The notes beneath the pieces are model-generated. The model was not told where the DNA came from, searched no databases, and saw only the letters and a program-made list of their open reading frames with translations. This document shows positions 1 through 12,721 of a DNA stretch of 64,000 nucleotides, piece after piece. Made by a program: the position numbers and the translations under genes. The stretch is taken from the NCBI RefSeq assembly GCF_030144855.1, contig NC_082706.1:13020001-13084000 (forward strand), written 5' to 3'. This DNA is from Hypanus sabinus. Its lineage: Eukaryota. Within the stretch, counting starts at the first letter, position 1. Each line of letters begins with the position of its first letter.

Positions 1-545
1 CTGCAGGCAAGCCAATTCTGAATCCACCTGGCCAAACTTCCCTGGATCCCATGCCTTCTGACTTACTGAATATTTTCAAATGCCTTACTAAAAATCCATG
101 TAGATCACGTCCACTGCACTATACCCTCACCTATACCCTAGTCACCTCCTCAAAGAACTCTAGCAGGCTTGTTAGAGTTGATCCCTGATCAGACCATGAT
201 TTTCTAAATGCCCATAGATACTATCTCTAAGAATCTTTTCCAACAGTTTTCCTACCACAGCCGTAAGGCTCACTGGTCTACAGTTACCCAGACTATCCCT
301 ACTACCTTTTTTGAACAAGGGGGACAACATTCGCCTCCCTCCAATCCTCTGGTACCATTCCCGTAGACAACGAGGACATAAAAACTCTAGCCAGAGGCTC
401 AGCAGCAATCTCTTCCCTTGCCTCGTGGACCAGCCCGGGGAATATTCCATTAGGCCCTGGGGACTTATTCGTCCTAATGTATTTTAACAACTCCCAACAC
501 CTCCTCTCCCTTAATATCATCATGCTCCAGAACATCAACCTCACT
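1..545 (-). mobile_element. CR1-type LINE ORF2 fragment (linker/RT N-terminus), decayed
   Basis: Minus-strand frames read KSPGPNGIFP, GMVPEDWREANVVPL, KKGSRDSLGNCRPVSLTAVVGKLLEKIL, which are typical CR1 ORF2 motifs; frameshifted. Confidence 0.85.
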
Positions 546-1529
546 CATTGTCATCGCCGTCATGAGGTTAATTGGTCATTGTAAATTGGCCCGTGGTTAG
601 GCTAGGATTAAATCAGGGGATTGCTGGGAGACACAGTTCAAAAGCCCTGTTCCGTGCAGTCTCTCAATAAATATGTAAGAAAAATTGTCAGAGGAAAAAG
701 TGCTGACTAAAATGAAAAGCGATAAAGGGGAACAAGTTGGCGCTGTCGACACATGGCAACATTTTGCGGGCTGCTCACGAATGCCTACAAGAAAACGAAT
801 CCCAGGGTTGTACGTGCTGACATATACCTAGATAATAAATTTACTTAGAACTTTAATGGTTTGCAGCCCAAGATGGAAGGCAGTGATAGTGACGGATGGG
901 TGTGTTGGCTGTTGTGTGCATATAACTAGAATGTTTATGGATAACAACCTGCACAAAATGCTGGAGGAACTTAGCAGGGCAAAGAGAAAACATTCAACGT
1001 TTTAGGCTGAGACCCCGCATCGGGACTGAAGAAAAATAGATGAGTCGGAGTAGGAAGGTGGGGGGAGGGGAGGAAGAGTTGAAGGGCAGCAGAGATCAGG
1101 GGGTAACAGTGAGAGAGGATTTCCAACATCTGCATATTTTCCCTTGTTTTTGATATTTATAGATCTGTTTCAATGACATTATTTCCAGTGTGGTTAGAAT
1201 GCCTGAATGGGATGACTGAAGTGACCTGGGTTGACCTCTGGTGCTGTTTGTATGTGGCTTGCACGTCCTCTTCAAATGAACTTCATTAGGGGGATTAATG
1301 TTGTCTTAGTTACTGAGATAAGAGTGAAAATCTGTTCCTGCACACCTATCATACAGACCAATTCTTTAAAACATTGTATCAAGGTAAAATAATTTCTGGT
1401 TACCACTTCCAACTATCTCTCTCCCCCCCCCCAAGTTTCTTGTTTGCCCTATTCTGCTGGCCCTCTGGCACCCCCTTCTCTTCTCCACCACTGTCATGAC
1501 CATCCTCTGGTTTCCAACCTCCATCATTG

Positions 1530-2000
1530 AACACTATAGCACAGCAACAAGCCCTTCGGTCTATCTAGTCTGTGTGGAACCATCGATCTGCCTTCTCCCA
1601 TCGACCTGCATCTGGAGCACAGCCCTCCATACTCTTTCCACCCATGTACTTATCCAAGTTTCTCTTCGAGGCTGAAATCAAACCCACACCCACCACTTGC
1701 ACTGATAGCTTGTTCCACACTCTCACCACTCTCTGAGTGAGGAAGGCCCCCCTCAACTTCTCCTTAAACATTTCACCTTTCACCCTTAACCCATGACCTC
1801 CGATTGTAATCTCACCCAACCTCAGAGGAAAAAGCCTGCACTTACCCCATCTATACCCCTCACATTCTAGAGAATAAAGTCCTAACCTTTTCAACCTTTC
1901 CCCATAACTCAGGTTCTCAAGTCCTAGCAAAATCCTTTTAAATTTTCTCTGCATTCTTTCAATCTTACATCTTTTAGAGCATGTTTTGCTTCGAGGCAAT
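1530..2000 (-). mobile_element. CR1-type LINE 3' end fragment
   Basis: ORF 1565-1999 contains LSYGERLKRLGLYSLE and FLTQRVVRVWNKL, matching the CR1 ORF2 C-terminus. Confidence 0.85.
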
Positions 2001-2091
2001 CGAATACCACTGACTAACCTTTACAGTCATGAAAATAACTCCTTTAAGTCTACTGTCCAAAATTTCACACGCTGGACTAGTGGGACGGATT

Positions 2092-2604
2092 GTTGCATCA
2101 TTCTGCTAGAGTAAGGCCTCAGCTAGCCAACTTGAAATGGAAACCGATCTTAATCCTTGAAGACACCCAAGTCTCGCAGCCAAAACCGGTAGGGCTGATT
2201 AGCGAACAATCGAGATAAAGGCGCGAACGGACACAACACTGCAACTTTAGTTATAAACTCCTGCGGCAAGTTACTTCAGAGCAGATGGAACACACGATTA
2301 TATTAGAGAGGCAAGAAAACTGGCTGCAAGTCTGGCGCGAAACCAGAGAGAAACAGAATCCGGAAAGATACCACTCCACTCACTGAGTTAAATGCATTTT
2401 AAAATGCAGCTGATAACTGGAATGAGAAATGAAGCGAGATGGAAATTTCAGTCGGGCAATTTAATCACAGTTAACTGAAAGTTCAGCTCTCGGTTAACCA
2501 TATTAATGTCATCGTCGCTGTTTGCATTGCAGAGGACCCTGCTTAGCAACAACAGACAATGAGCAGGTTTCCCTGTCACGTAAGCGGCGCCAGATATTTC
2601 ATCA
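2092..2604 (-). promoter_or_regulatory. Candidate C/EBP-ATF (CARE/AARE) sites in intron 1 of the MTHFD2-like gene
   Basis: On the minus strand: TGATGCAAC (2100-2092), TGATGAAAT (2604-2596) and TTACGTGAC (2583-2575), in non-repetitive CpG-containing sequence. Confidence 0.4.
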
Positions 2605-2634
2605 GATTCCCAGCCGGGGCACACGAACCGGCAG

Positions 2635-2910
2635 AGAGGAGAGAGAAATGAGAGAATTGAGAAATTAGGTAGGGGGGAGGAAAGAAAGGAAGATGAGGTA
2701 GATTGACGAAGGGGAGGAGGTGCAGGGCAGTTAAGAGGGAAAGGAGGAAGGGGAAATGGGAATAGGGAAGGAGAAATACAAAGAGGAAGGGAAATGGGAA
2801 ACAAATGAGGGAAAACGTGGAAGAAGGGGAAATGGGGCTTGAAGAAGGGAAGGGAGGTGAAAAGGAATAAAGGGAAAGAGAGAATAAGGGTGAATGAGGA
2901 GACAAGTGGG
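2635..2910. repeat. Purine-rich (GA) low-complexity tract
   Basis: About 270 bp almost entirely G/A on the plus strand; it explains the Pro/Ser/Phe-rich spurious ORFs at 2448-2905. Confidence 0.9.
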
Positions 2911-3008
2911 ACTATGTGGGAAATAAACCGAGTCTGACTAAAGGGGAGATGGGCTGAAGACCCCCATCGCTCACTCCAGGCTCTCCCCCCTTCCCCCGGT
3001 TGTCCTAC

Positions 3009-3091
3009 CTCGGGGCGCTGGTGTGTAGGCGACAGACACTGACTAGACCGGCGCTGAAGGTGCGGAGCGAGTTACCAAAACCGGGAACCAT
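3009..3091 (-). CDS. MTHFD2: First coding exon of a mitochondrial protein, probably MTHFD2 (MVPGFGNSLRTFSAGLVSVCRLHTSAP-R)
   Basis: Strong Kozak GGCGGCGGC-ATG-G at 3091; 83-nt exon ending AG|GTAGGA (phase 2). The peptide is an acid-free, Arg/Ser/Leu-rich presequence ending RLHTSAPR. Human MTHFD2 exon 1 also ends in a phase-2 Arg and is divergent from MOB1A. No catalytic exon lies in the window, so the gene name rests on synteny. Confidence 0.65.
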
Positions 3092-3099
3092 GCCGCCGC

Positions 3100-3295
3100 C
3101 GATGAACGCTGTGGAAAGCGAGGCCGCACGGCCGTCTGTACCTGCCTTTTACAGTCGACCGGGGGCCGGGCACCCTCTTTCTTCTTCCATTGGCTGCCCG
3201 GGGATCCAGTAACGGAGCTCTTTAACTGGCGATTGGCCAAGTGGCTGTCAATCAGCGGTTGCCGCGCTACGAGTTGACGTCACGGCGGAAAATGA
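3100..3295 (-). promoter_or_regulatory. CpG-rich promoter of the MTHFD2-like gene
   Basis: CCAAT boxes (ATTGG at 3189-3193 and 3232-3236), a full CRE palindrome TGACGTCA at 3275-3282 and an ETS-like CGGAA, all directly upstream of the ATG exon. Confidence 0.7.
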
Positions 3296-3489
3296 GCTCA
3301 CACAGAATACTGGAGAAACTCACTGGGTCCGGTAGCATCTATGGGGGGGGGGGGGATGCAACAAAGAATCGACGTTTCAGAATCAGAGTTATAGCACCAG
3401 CATGTCGTAAAATTTGTACAGCAGTACATTGCAATACATACTGAATTACAGTAAGAAATATATAATAGTTAAATAAGTAAAAAAAACCA

Positions 3490-3810
3490 GAAAATAAGTG
3501 CAGGAGTAGGCCATTCGGCCCTTCGAGCCCTCACCGCCATTCAGTATGATCATGGCTGATCATCCAACTCAGAACCCTGTACCTGCTTTCTCTCCATACC
3601 CCCTGATCCCTTTAGCCACAATGACCATATCTAACTTCCTCTTAAATATAGCCAATGAACCGGCCTCAAATTTTTCCTGTGGCAGAGAATTCCACTGATT
3701 CACCACTTTCTGTGTGAAGAAGTTTTTCCTCATCTCGGTCCTAAAAGGCTACCCCTTTATCCTTAAACTGTGACCCCTCGTTCTGGACTTCCCCAACATT
3801 GGAAACAAGT
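3490..3810 (-). mobile_element. CR1-type LINE 3' end
   Basis: Family 3' tail (ggagtaggccattcggcccttcgagcc ... gatcatggctgatc); related copies at about 6215-6560, 28500 and 43800. Confidence 0.75.
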
Positions 3811-5009
3811 AGCGTAAAGTAGTGCAAAAAAGTAATAAGGTAGTGTTCATGGATTCAGGGTCTAATCAGAAATTGGATGGCAGAGGGTGAGAAGCTGTTC
3901 CTGAATCATAGAGTGTGCACCTTTGGGCTTCTGTACCTCCTTCCTGGTGGTAGCAACGAAAAGAGGGCATGTCCTGGTTGCTGGGCATCTAGAAAAGGAA
4001 TGATGATTTCCATCGGAGCTACTCACTGAGTCAGCTTAGTGGCGCCCAGGTTTTGGGCCGTGGCGTTGCATCAGAACTGGAACGGGAGGGGAAGGAGGCA
4101 AAAAATAACGGGAGCGGTGTGGTGGAAAAAGAGGATTCCAAGTGGGCAGGTTATAGGTGAAACCAGCTGGGTGGGGGTGAAGAGGGTAGGTGGGTAGATT
4201 AATGGGTAGTGGGAGCCATGGAAGAGGTAAAAGCTTGGAGTAGAAGGAATATGATACCAGAGCACGGCACACCTTGGGAGAAAGGAACCAGATAGAGGTG
4301 ATGGGCAGGTGAGGAGAATAAAAGGCGTAACCAGAATGGGAGAAGGAAAATGAGACAAGGGGGGAGAAATCGATGATCATTGCATCAGGTTGGAGGCTAC
4401 TCAGACAGAATATAAGGTGGTGTTCCTTCAGCCTGAGTTTGGCCTCATCATTTCTGCAGAAGAGCCCATGGCCAGACTTCTCAGAATGAGAATGGGAAGT
4501 TGCTCAAGATTTCCAGCATCAGCAGAATCATTTGAGTTTATTGGGTGGGGCAGGGGTGTCAAAGAAAAGGCTGTTAAGTCCCAAATGTCTAATCTGCACC
4601 ATATTCATTAACTGCAATGCATATTGGCATTTGAATGGGAGGACCTTAGGAAGTACTGCAGGATAGAACAACCTTGGTGTATATGTCCAATGATCCTTGA
4701 AAGTAGTAACACAAATAGGTGGTTATACAGGCAAGGAAGTTATGATACAAATCAGAATCAGGTTTTTTTTAATCACTGATTTGTTATTTGGAATTTATTA
4801 TTTTGTGGCATTACAATGCAGACCTGAAATTTCTATATGTTACAAAAAAATTCTATAACTTACAAAAAATATTAGTGCAAAAAATCATTAAATGTAATGT
4901 CAGAGGTGAAGTTATTCCTGAAATGGGTGTGGACCTTCAGGCTCCAGAATCTGCTGGCAGTAATGAGAAGAAATGCACTCCACGGATGGTGACGGTCCTT
5001 AGTGATAGG

Positions 5010-5290
5010 TCAAACACGAGGAAATCTGCAGATGCTGGAAATTCAAACAACACACACAAAATGCTGGTGGAACACAGCAGGCCAGGCAGCATCTATAGGG
5101 AGAAGCACTGTCGATGTTTCGGGCCGAGAGCCTTCGTCGGGACTAACTGAAAGGAAAGATACTAAGAGACTTGAAAGTAGGAGGGGGAAATGCAAAATGA
5201 TAGAAGACCGGAGGGGGTGGGTTGAAGCTAAAAGCTGGAAAGGTGATTGGCAAAAGTGATACAGAGCTGGAGAAGGGAAAGGATGATGCA
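5010..5290 (-). mobile_element. Penelope-like terminal-repeat fragment with decayed hammerhead motif
   Basis: Recurrent unit gaaatctgcagatgctgg ... cagcaggccaggcagcatctat ...; hammerhead-like core at 5108-5145. The same unit follows the GIY-YIG remnant at 58208. Confidence 0.65.
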
Positions 5291-5659
5291 TTCTTGAGGC
5301 ACTGTCTTGAAAAACACTGTGTAAGCATTGGTTAGACCACTGGTGAGGACTTGTGTGCAGTTCCCTTCACTGCACTAGAAGAAAGTGAAAATTAAAAAAC
5401 ATAAAATCTGCAGAGGTGCAGGAATTAAAAACAGAAAATGCTGGAGAAACTCGACAGTTTAGGTGCCACCTATGTAAAGGGAAAGTTGATATTTAGATCA
5501 ATTACCTTCCAGTGGAATTGGAAAGAGAAAATGAAAAAACAACTTCAGCTAGTGACACAAGAGAAGGCAGGTGCTAGAATCTGGAGCAACAAACTATCTG
5601 CTGGAGGAATGCAGGAGATCAAACATTAGTGTGCAGGGAGGGTTTTGTTGGGAGAACGT

Positions 5660-6210
5660 ACATATATACAGTACATTCAAATTCATTTTCCTGTGGGGAT
5701 ACTCAGCAAATCTATAGAAAAGTAACTATAACAGGATCAATGAAAGATCAACCAGAGTGCAGAAGACAACAAACTGTGCAAATGCAAATATAGATAGCAA
5801 TAATTAACGGGAACATGAGATAAAGAGTCCTAGAAAGTGAGATTATTGGTTGTGGGAACAATTTAATGATGGGGCACGTGAAGTTGAGTGTAGTTCAAGA
5901 ATCTGATGGTTGAGGCGTAGTAACTTTTCTTGAACCTGGTGATGCTAGACCTGAGGCTCTTGTTCTTTCTACCTGATGGCAGCAGTGAGAGAAGAGAGCA
6001 TGACCTAGGCGGTGGGGGTCTCTGATGATGGATGCTGCTTTCCTACAAGTATTTCATGTACATGTGCTCAATAGTTGGGAGGGCTTTACCCATGATGTAA
6101 TGGGCCAAATCCACTGCTTTTCATAATTTTCCATTCGAAGGTATTGGCGTTTCTATACCAGGCCGTGATGCAGCCAGTCAATACGCTCTTCAATACACAT
6201 CTTTAGAAAT
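5660..6210 (-). mobile_element. Rex1/Babar (L2-group) LINE 3' fragment
   Basis: Same family as 46760-47350, 51550-52030 and 54430-55100, whose frames read ILANFYRC..ESILTGCITAWHG; shared 3' tail. Confidence 0.6.
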
Positions 6211-8001
6211 TTAGACCATAAGAGTTAAGAGCAGAATTAGGCCAACTGGCCGATCAAGTCTGCTCTGCCACTCAATCATGGCTGATCTTTTTTATTCTTC
6301 TCAACCCCAGTTCCCGGCCTTCTCCCCTAATCTTTGATGCCATGTCCAATCAAAAATCTATCAATCTCTGCCTTAAACACACCTAATGATCTGGCCTCCA
6401 CAGCTGCATGTGGCAACAAATTCCACAAATTCACCCGGGTGCCCCTCTATCCTGGGGCTGTGCACTCTTGTCCTGGACTCTCCCACAATGGGAAACATCC
6501 TTTCCACGTCTACAGTCTAGGTCTTTCAACATTCAGAAGGTCTCAATGAGATTCCCCACCCCTCTTTTTTCCCCATAAGAAAATGTCTAGAATTTATTAT
6601 CTGTTCTCAGTAAATTGAATACATCAGATTGGTGTCCATGAGCCAAAACTTGCCCCTTTTCATCTGGCCTTCTTCCCCAGATTTTTGCTTGCTTCCCACT
6701 CTGAGAATCACCCTCTTATGTAGATACACTGGTCAGCTGGATGGGAACTGGGAATGAGTCCACATCACAAGCATAAACAATGAGTGCAGATAAAGGTCGA
6801 GACTGAAGCTTAGAGGAAACATCACCCACTCTTTTGTCACACTTCCTCATTCCCACAGCAAGTGAACCGTGCTTGGCTAAGGCTATTCTGAAAAATGAGC
6901 AATCCTGCTCCATTTTCACACACTTCTCCATGGGCAGGCTGACCTAGTCTGGCTGGGGTCACTTAGAAATCAGGTGAGAAATGAGCCAGCAGACACCAGT
7001 TAGCTGCTAACTCTGGGAACATTATGGCTGAGCCCAGTGTGGACTTACAACATATAAAACATTTTTGCAGATGCAGTTTCTTTCATGCCCGCATTTACAC
7101 AATCATGGGTACAGACTCACAAGAATTTAAGTTTGATTGCTTTTGAATTGACATGTCAATCTCACACAGACACACAGTCTGACCTGCTTCTCCCACCTCG
7201 GCATTCACATGTCTGTACATTCACCTGCCCTTACAGATTTGTCATTATATGGGCTATTTCTCTCCCACCCACCCCCCTTCTCTCTCTCTACCTCCCCCTA
7301 TCTCTCTTCATCTCCCCCATCTCTACCTCTCTCACACACTCACATTTCCTCCCTCCCTTTTTCTTTCATGCACACAAATTTGTCAGTTTTAGATGTCATG
7401 CCAAATTCCTGCATCTTCTAAGGAAGTGAGAGGCACTTACGTGCTGGGTCCAGGACAGGTCCTCTGAAAAACTAACACCCTGAATTTAAAGTTGCTAACC
7501 CTCCTCATCTCTGGTCCTCCAATGAGGGCTGGGTCATGGACCTCTGGTTTCCCTCAAGTCTATAATCAGTGTTGATGTTTCAGGTGGAGACCATGTAATA
7601 TGCTTTCTCAGTTTGCAACAGAACAGGCCTGTTTGTGCTGTAGTTTTCTATGACTGATAGATTCTGCAAATGCTGGAACTCCAGAGTAACACACATTCGG
7701 AATTCTGGAGTATCTTAGCAGTTCAGGCAATATCTATGGAAAGGAATAGCTTTACATCAGTTTCTGATGCTCTAAAGTTAAACTCAAATTTGTTGGCAAA
7801 TGCACAGTACATGTATGCAGTTACAAAAGGTGCAAAACCAAGATGTCCAGGCTCTCTTTGTTGAAATGCTTCATCACAGGCACCATTTTCCAGGTTTCTT
7901 TTTTTTGTTTTGGACATCACCTTTGTCTTAAGTGCTTGTAGGTAAGAGTTGCCTTGCCGAAATCTATTTGTTTATTTATAAATACACACACACACACATA
8001 C

Positions 8002-8787
8002 TGTTACGCCTGCAGCCCCCTCCTTTGTGAGAATCGCAAGATCACTATTGATTTGGGTCAGGAGACCCAGGAAATGAGAGAGAGACGTGCGGAATGTCTC
8101 GTTCCCCGGCGATATAAAGCTACGGGACACAGCCATTGTCTCTTGAAGACGAACTTGTGGATTGCAATACTGCATTACGTGGAAGCCCTCAGGCAAAGTG
8201 GGCTGGTTGAGAGAGGGATTGCATCACCCCAACCTGATTGACATCTCCGACCCTGTGAGTCAGGATAAAAGAGGGTCTGTGGGAACAGCCCCTCAGACGC
8301 ACCAGAAGAAACGCTAGCGATCCCGTAATAGTGGAAGCCATTGGAAGGAGGCCACGTGCGTTTGGTTCCATTTGCCCGGAACTGGTGGCTTTTACCACGG
8401 AAAAACGGCTCTTAGCTAACAATGGGGAAACCAACTCCCAAAAAGACTCAAAGGATTGGCTTCATCAAAGAACTGGGCAAGTTTAACCCGTCTCTCTCTC
8501 TCAAACCTGAAACGCTGCAGCTTGAACGAACTAACAGTGACTTTTATATTTCCATTGGACAATACATTATCCCCTAGACAACGATAGAGCTATTTCTTCT
8601 TATTATTATACCCGCGCTTTTAGATTTAGTATTGACAGCGTATATTATCTGCATGTTTGCATTGATCTTATTTTTGTGCCCCTTTATCAATAAATACTGT
8701 AAAAAATAGTACCATCAGATTTCAACGGACCTCTCTATCTTTGCTGGTAAGTGACCCAGTTACGGGGTTCATACCAAAATCGTAATA
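8002..8787 (+). mobile_element. Solo LTR (Gypsy/ERV-like), about 786 bp
   Basis: Starts TGTTACG and ends CGTAATA (inverted terminus, one mismatch); TATA-like GATATAAAG near 8111; AATAAA at 8689-8694; flanked on both sides by the same (CA)n microsatellite. Confidence 0.65.
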
Positions 8788-8797
8788 CACACACACA

Positions 8798-10391
8798 CAA
8801 ACCCCATTTCCAGAAAAGTTGAGGTATTTTCCAAAATGCAATAAAAACAAAGATCTGTGATATGTTAATTCACATGAACCTTTATTTAACTGACAAAAGT
8901 ACAAAGAAAAGATTTTCAATAGTTTTACTGACCAACTTAATTGTATTTTGTAAATATACACAAATTTAGAATTTGATGGCTGCAACACACTCAATAAAAG
9001 TTGGGACAGAGTTAAAATAAGATTGAAAAGTGCACAGAATATTCAAAATAACACCGGTTTGGAAGACTCCACATTAAGCAGGCTAATTGGTAGCAGGTGA
9101 GGTATCATGAATGGGTATAAAAGTAGCGTCCATCAAAGGCTCAGTCTTTGCAAGCAAGGATGGGTCGTGGCTTACCCCTTCGTGCCAAAATTCGTGACAG
9201 AATTGTTAGTCAGTTCAAAAGGAACATTTCCCAATGCAAGATTGCAGAGAATTTAAGTCTTTCAACATTTACAATATATAATATTGTGAAAAGATTCAGA
9301 GGCATCTCAGTGCGTAAAGGGCAGGTCGGAAAACACTGTTGAATGCGCGTGATCTTCAAGCCCTCAGGCGGCACTGCCTAAGAAACCGTCATGCTACTGT
9401 GACAATTATAGCCACCTGGGCTCGGGAGTACTTTGGAAAACCATTGTCACTTAACACAGTCCGTCGCTGCATCCAGAAATGCAACTTGAAACTGAATTAC
9501 ACAAGGAGGAAGCCATACATCAACTCTATGTAGAAACGCCAGCGAGTTCTCTGGGCCCGAGCTCATCTCAGATGGACCGAAAGACTGTGGAACCGTGCGC
9601 TGTGGTCAGATGAGCCCACATTTCAGCTAGTTTTCGGAAAAAATGGGCATTGAGTTCTCCATGCCAAAGATGAAAACGACCATCCTGATTGTTATCAGCG
9701 AAAGGTGCAAAAGCCAGCATCTGTGACGGTATGGGGGTGCATCAGTGCCCACCGCATGGGTAAGTTGCATGTATGTGAAGGTACCATTGACTCTGAGGAG
9801 TATATTAGGATTTTAGAGACATACGTTGCCATCAAGGCGACGTCACTTCCCAGGACGTCCATGCTGATTTCAGCAGGACAATGCCAGACCACGTTCTGCA
9901 CGGGCTACAACAGCGTGGCTTTGTAGACACAGAGTGCGTGTGCTTGACTGCCCTGCTGCCAGTTAAGATCTATCTCCTATTGAAAATGTATGGCGCATCA
10001 TGAAGAGGAGAATCAGACAACAGAGACCACAGACTGTTGAGCAGCTGAAGTCTTATATCAAGCAAGAATGGACAAAATTTCCCAATTGCAAATCTACTAC
10101 AATTAGTATCCTCAGTTCCAAAATGATTAAAAAGTGTTATTAAAAGGAAAGGTGATGTAACACAATGGTAAACATGCCTCTGTCTCAACTTTTGTTGAGT
10201 GTGTTGCAGCCATCAAATTCTAAATTTGCGTACATTTACAAAATACAATTAAGTTGGTCAGTAAAACTACTGAAAATCTTTTCTTTGTACTTTTGTCAGT
10301 TAAATAAAGGTTCACGTGAATTAACATATCACAGATTTTTGTTTTTATTGCATTTTGGAAAATATCCCAACTTTTCTGGAAATGGGGTTTA
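8798..10391 (+). mobile_element. Full-length Tc1-family DNA transposon with long (IR-DR type) TIRs
   Basis: About 214-bp terminal inverted repeats (8798-9011 and 10178-10391) with repeated AAAAGTTG-G motifs; TA on the right flank; internal transposase. Confidence 0.95.
9160..10171 (+). pseudogene. Tc1 DD34E-type transposase, inactivated by frameshifts and stops
   Basis: Paired-like HTH (ISQCKIAENLSLSTFTIYNIVKRF), WSDEPTF, VTVWGCIS, FQQDNA and DLSPIENVW spread over several frames. Confidence 0.9.
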
Positions 10392-10408
10392 TATATCTAT
10401 ATATACAT

Positions 10409-10441
<33 letters not shown>

Positions 10442-10460
10442 CACACACACACATACACAC
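10392..10460. repeat. (TA)n/(CA)n microsatellite
   Basis: Read directly; continues the (CA)n remnants at 7983-8001 and 8788-8797. Confidence 0.95.
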
Positions 10461-11499
10461 AGCCTCAGGAAAATTATATACATCTGGTACCCCTTCGCAA
10501 TATTTGCATTGGGAATAATGCAGCCAAGTTTCACCAGACTGATTCCTGGAGTGAGAGGTATGTAGGAAAATCACTTACAGGAGTATCTAAAATAGCCAGC
10601 ATGGTAGCATAGAAGTTAAGACAATGTTTTACAGTACCGGCAACACAGGTTCAATTCTCACCACTGCCAGTAAGGAGTTTGCACATTTTCCCTGTGACCT
10701 CATGGGTTTCCTCTCATAGGCCAAATTCATACCGGTTGATATGTAAATTGTCCTGTGATTAGGCTAGGGTTAAATCAGGAGTGGGAGGTTTGCTGGGCAG
10801 TGCGGCTCCTGCATCTCAACAAATAAATAAGATGGTGACCAAGGATTGACAAAGCAGTTTTCTGGGGATGAGGTTTCCCCTTGGGTGGGATGACTGGTTC
10901 TCATCTCAAAATCGGCCATCAGCAATTCAAAACAGATGAGAAATGTCTTCTTCGGACCACAAGTCTTTAAAAGAGGGCTGTGGAGGTCACTGAGAATATT
11001 GAATAACGGATATGGAATTGGGCATGATGTGTATTAATATTTTCCAATACATCTCTCTTAGCTGCAGTGAAGGAACATAATTGATTTGGTGCGTGACCTC
11101 AGGGCCTGGATGGGCTAACAGCAAACACCAGGAGCAGCCAAAAGCTCAGTTACTGGAAGGAGACCATTAGACAATGTAGAACCTAGCAGTGGTTTGATAA
11201 TGCAGAATTCAACAATTCAACAATGCAACAATTAGCACTTTTGATTCATACACTGGGAGCTGGCCATATGCTGAGGATGGGATTCCCAGGAATCAGCATT
11301 GCTATCACTGAGTGCTGCACTAGCTGGAACCTAAAAGAAATCCTACAATGATTCACCCATAGCTCAGTGTGAAGAGGCTGCCTGGGAAAACTGATGCTGG
11401 AGATGTAGTAGTCTTTGTGGTGTGAGGGATCTAAACTATTGCTGGTAACTACTTTACATGTTGAAATGGCTGGATTCTACAACCACTTTCTCCACTATT

Positions 11500-11790
11500 C
11501 AGTTTTACTTATTCAATTTAGAGATACAGTGTGGAGCAGGCCCTACCAGCCCAACAAGCCCCACTGCCCAGCAGCTCTATTTTAAAACTAGCTTAATCCT
11601 AGGACATTTTACAATGAACAATTAACCTATTAACCAGTATGACTTTGGAGTGTGGGAGGAAACCAGAGCACCAGTGGAAACCCACATGGTAATGGGAAAA
11701 ACGTACCAATTCCCTCCAGCTGGTGCTGGAATTGAACTCCAAAGTTTTGAGCAGTAATAGTGTCATACCAACTGCTACACCACCAGTCTC
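11500..11790 (-). mobile_element. V-SINE/HE1-like tRNA-derived SINE
   Basis: The minus strand carries the core GGGTTTCC..TGGTGCTCTGGTTTCCTCCCACACTCCAAAG; related copies near 10600-10830, 35530-35715, 38660-38790, 49960-50250, 52645-52850 and 63610-63750. Confidence 0.65.
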
Positions 11791-12721
11791 CACCTCTGGC
11801 TACACAGCTCACCATGCCCCAATTTCTTTTTGGTAAGAAGTCAGATGTGATCACTGGCAATTGGGAATATGCAGTTAAACATGAGGAGGAAACATTAGTT
11901 TCCACCTCATCTGTCCTTTTGAATTTCCCACCAAGCCTCCTCCTCCTGTGCTGGATCCCTCTAGCACTCAATTCATTGATCTTTTAATTAACAGCCTTCC
12001 AGGTATCAGAATTCGAGATTCACCAGCCTCTAAAATCATTATACAAACTATATTTCATGGTTCTCCCACCAAAGGTTGATCTTCAGGCATTTACACATTA
12101 TACCTCCTCGGGATCTTAAAGGTTTCAATAATCTCTCATTCTTATAAGCTCTAAGGCGGCATCCAAATTTACGATAGGACAATTCTGATTCCCTAGTACT
12201 TCAGGAGCAACCATCACCATGTACATTTATTATAATAGTTTAAACTCAAACACCATAGCAAAAGCATTTAAATGGGCGGTAAAGCTTGAGGGTGTTGATA
12301 TATGGAGCAAAATTTCAAAGTTATAAAGTGATTGTTGTGGCTTTAATATATTCAGAACAGCCCTGGTCATAATGGTAACTAGAACAGGCTCAAGAGGATA
12401 AATAACCCATTGCCACCACCATTTAAAAATTAGTCCCTTAAGAAACCCTTAGGTTCCTCTATTTACTACTGCCAAATCAATCCCCAAACCCAAAATCACT
12501 TCCATGAGTGAATCTCCAAAATTTGCAAGCCCCCCTCCCCAAAGCAAGCACTAAATTTGTGCAGATAGCATTGCCACACAAGCTGTGCCAGTTTCACCAT
12601 GACAAAGTGCAGAAGATTCCCTGTGCAAACTTTTGCGTAGAACTATAACCAGTTCACTAGAGCAATTTTCCTTTTCACACCATGAACAGACATTGGCTAT
12701 GCCAGAGTTCTGAAATTACAC

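Noticed and set aside
2448-2905. ORFs of 109-118 aa on the minus strand
   Set aside because: Produced by the low-complexity purine/pyrimidine tract; no recognisable domain.
3000-3444. Plus-strand ORFs 3000-3212 and 3241-3444 as a gene
   Set aside because: They are by-products of the GC-rich promoter; the Kozak context, splice donor and presequence all support the minus-strand exon.
11060-11450. Possible exon of an additional gene in unique-looking intergenic DNA (also 6700-7030)
   Set aside because: Stops in all three frames shortly after the candidate acceptor at about 11060, and no recognisable peptide; a regulatory role cannot be assessed from sequence alone.
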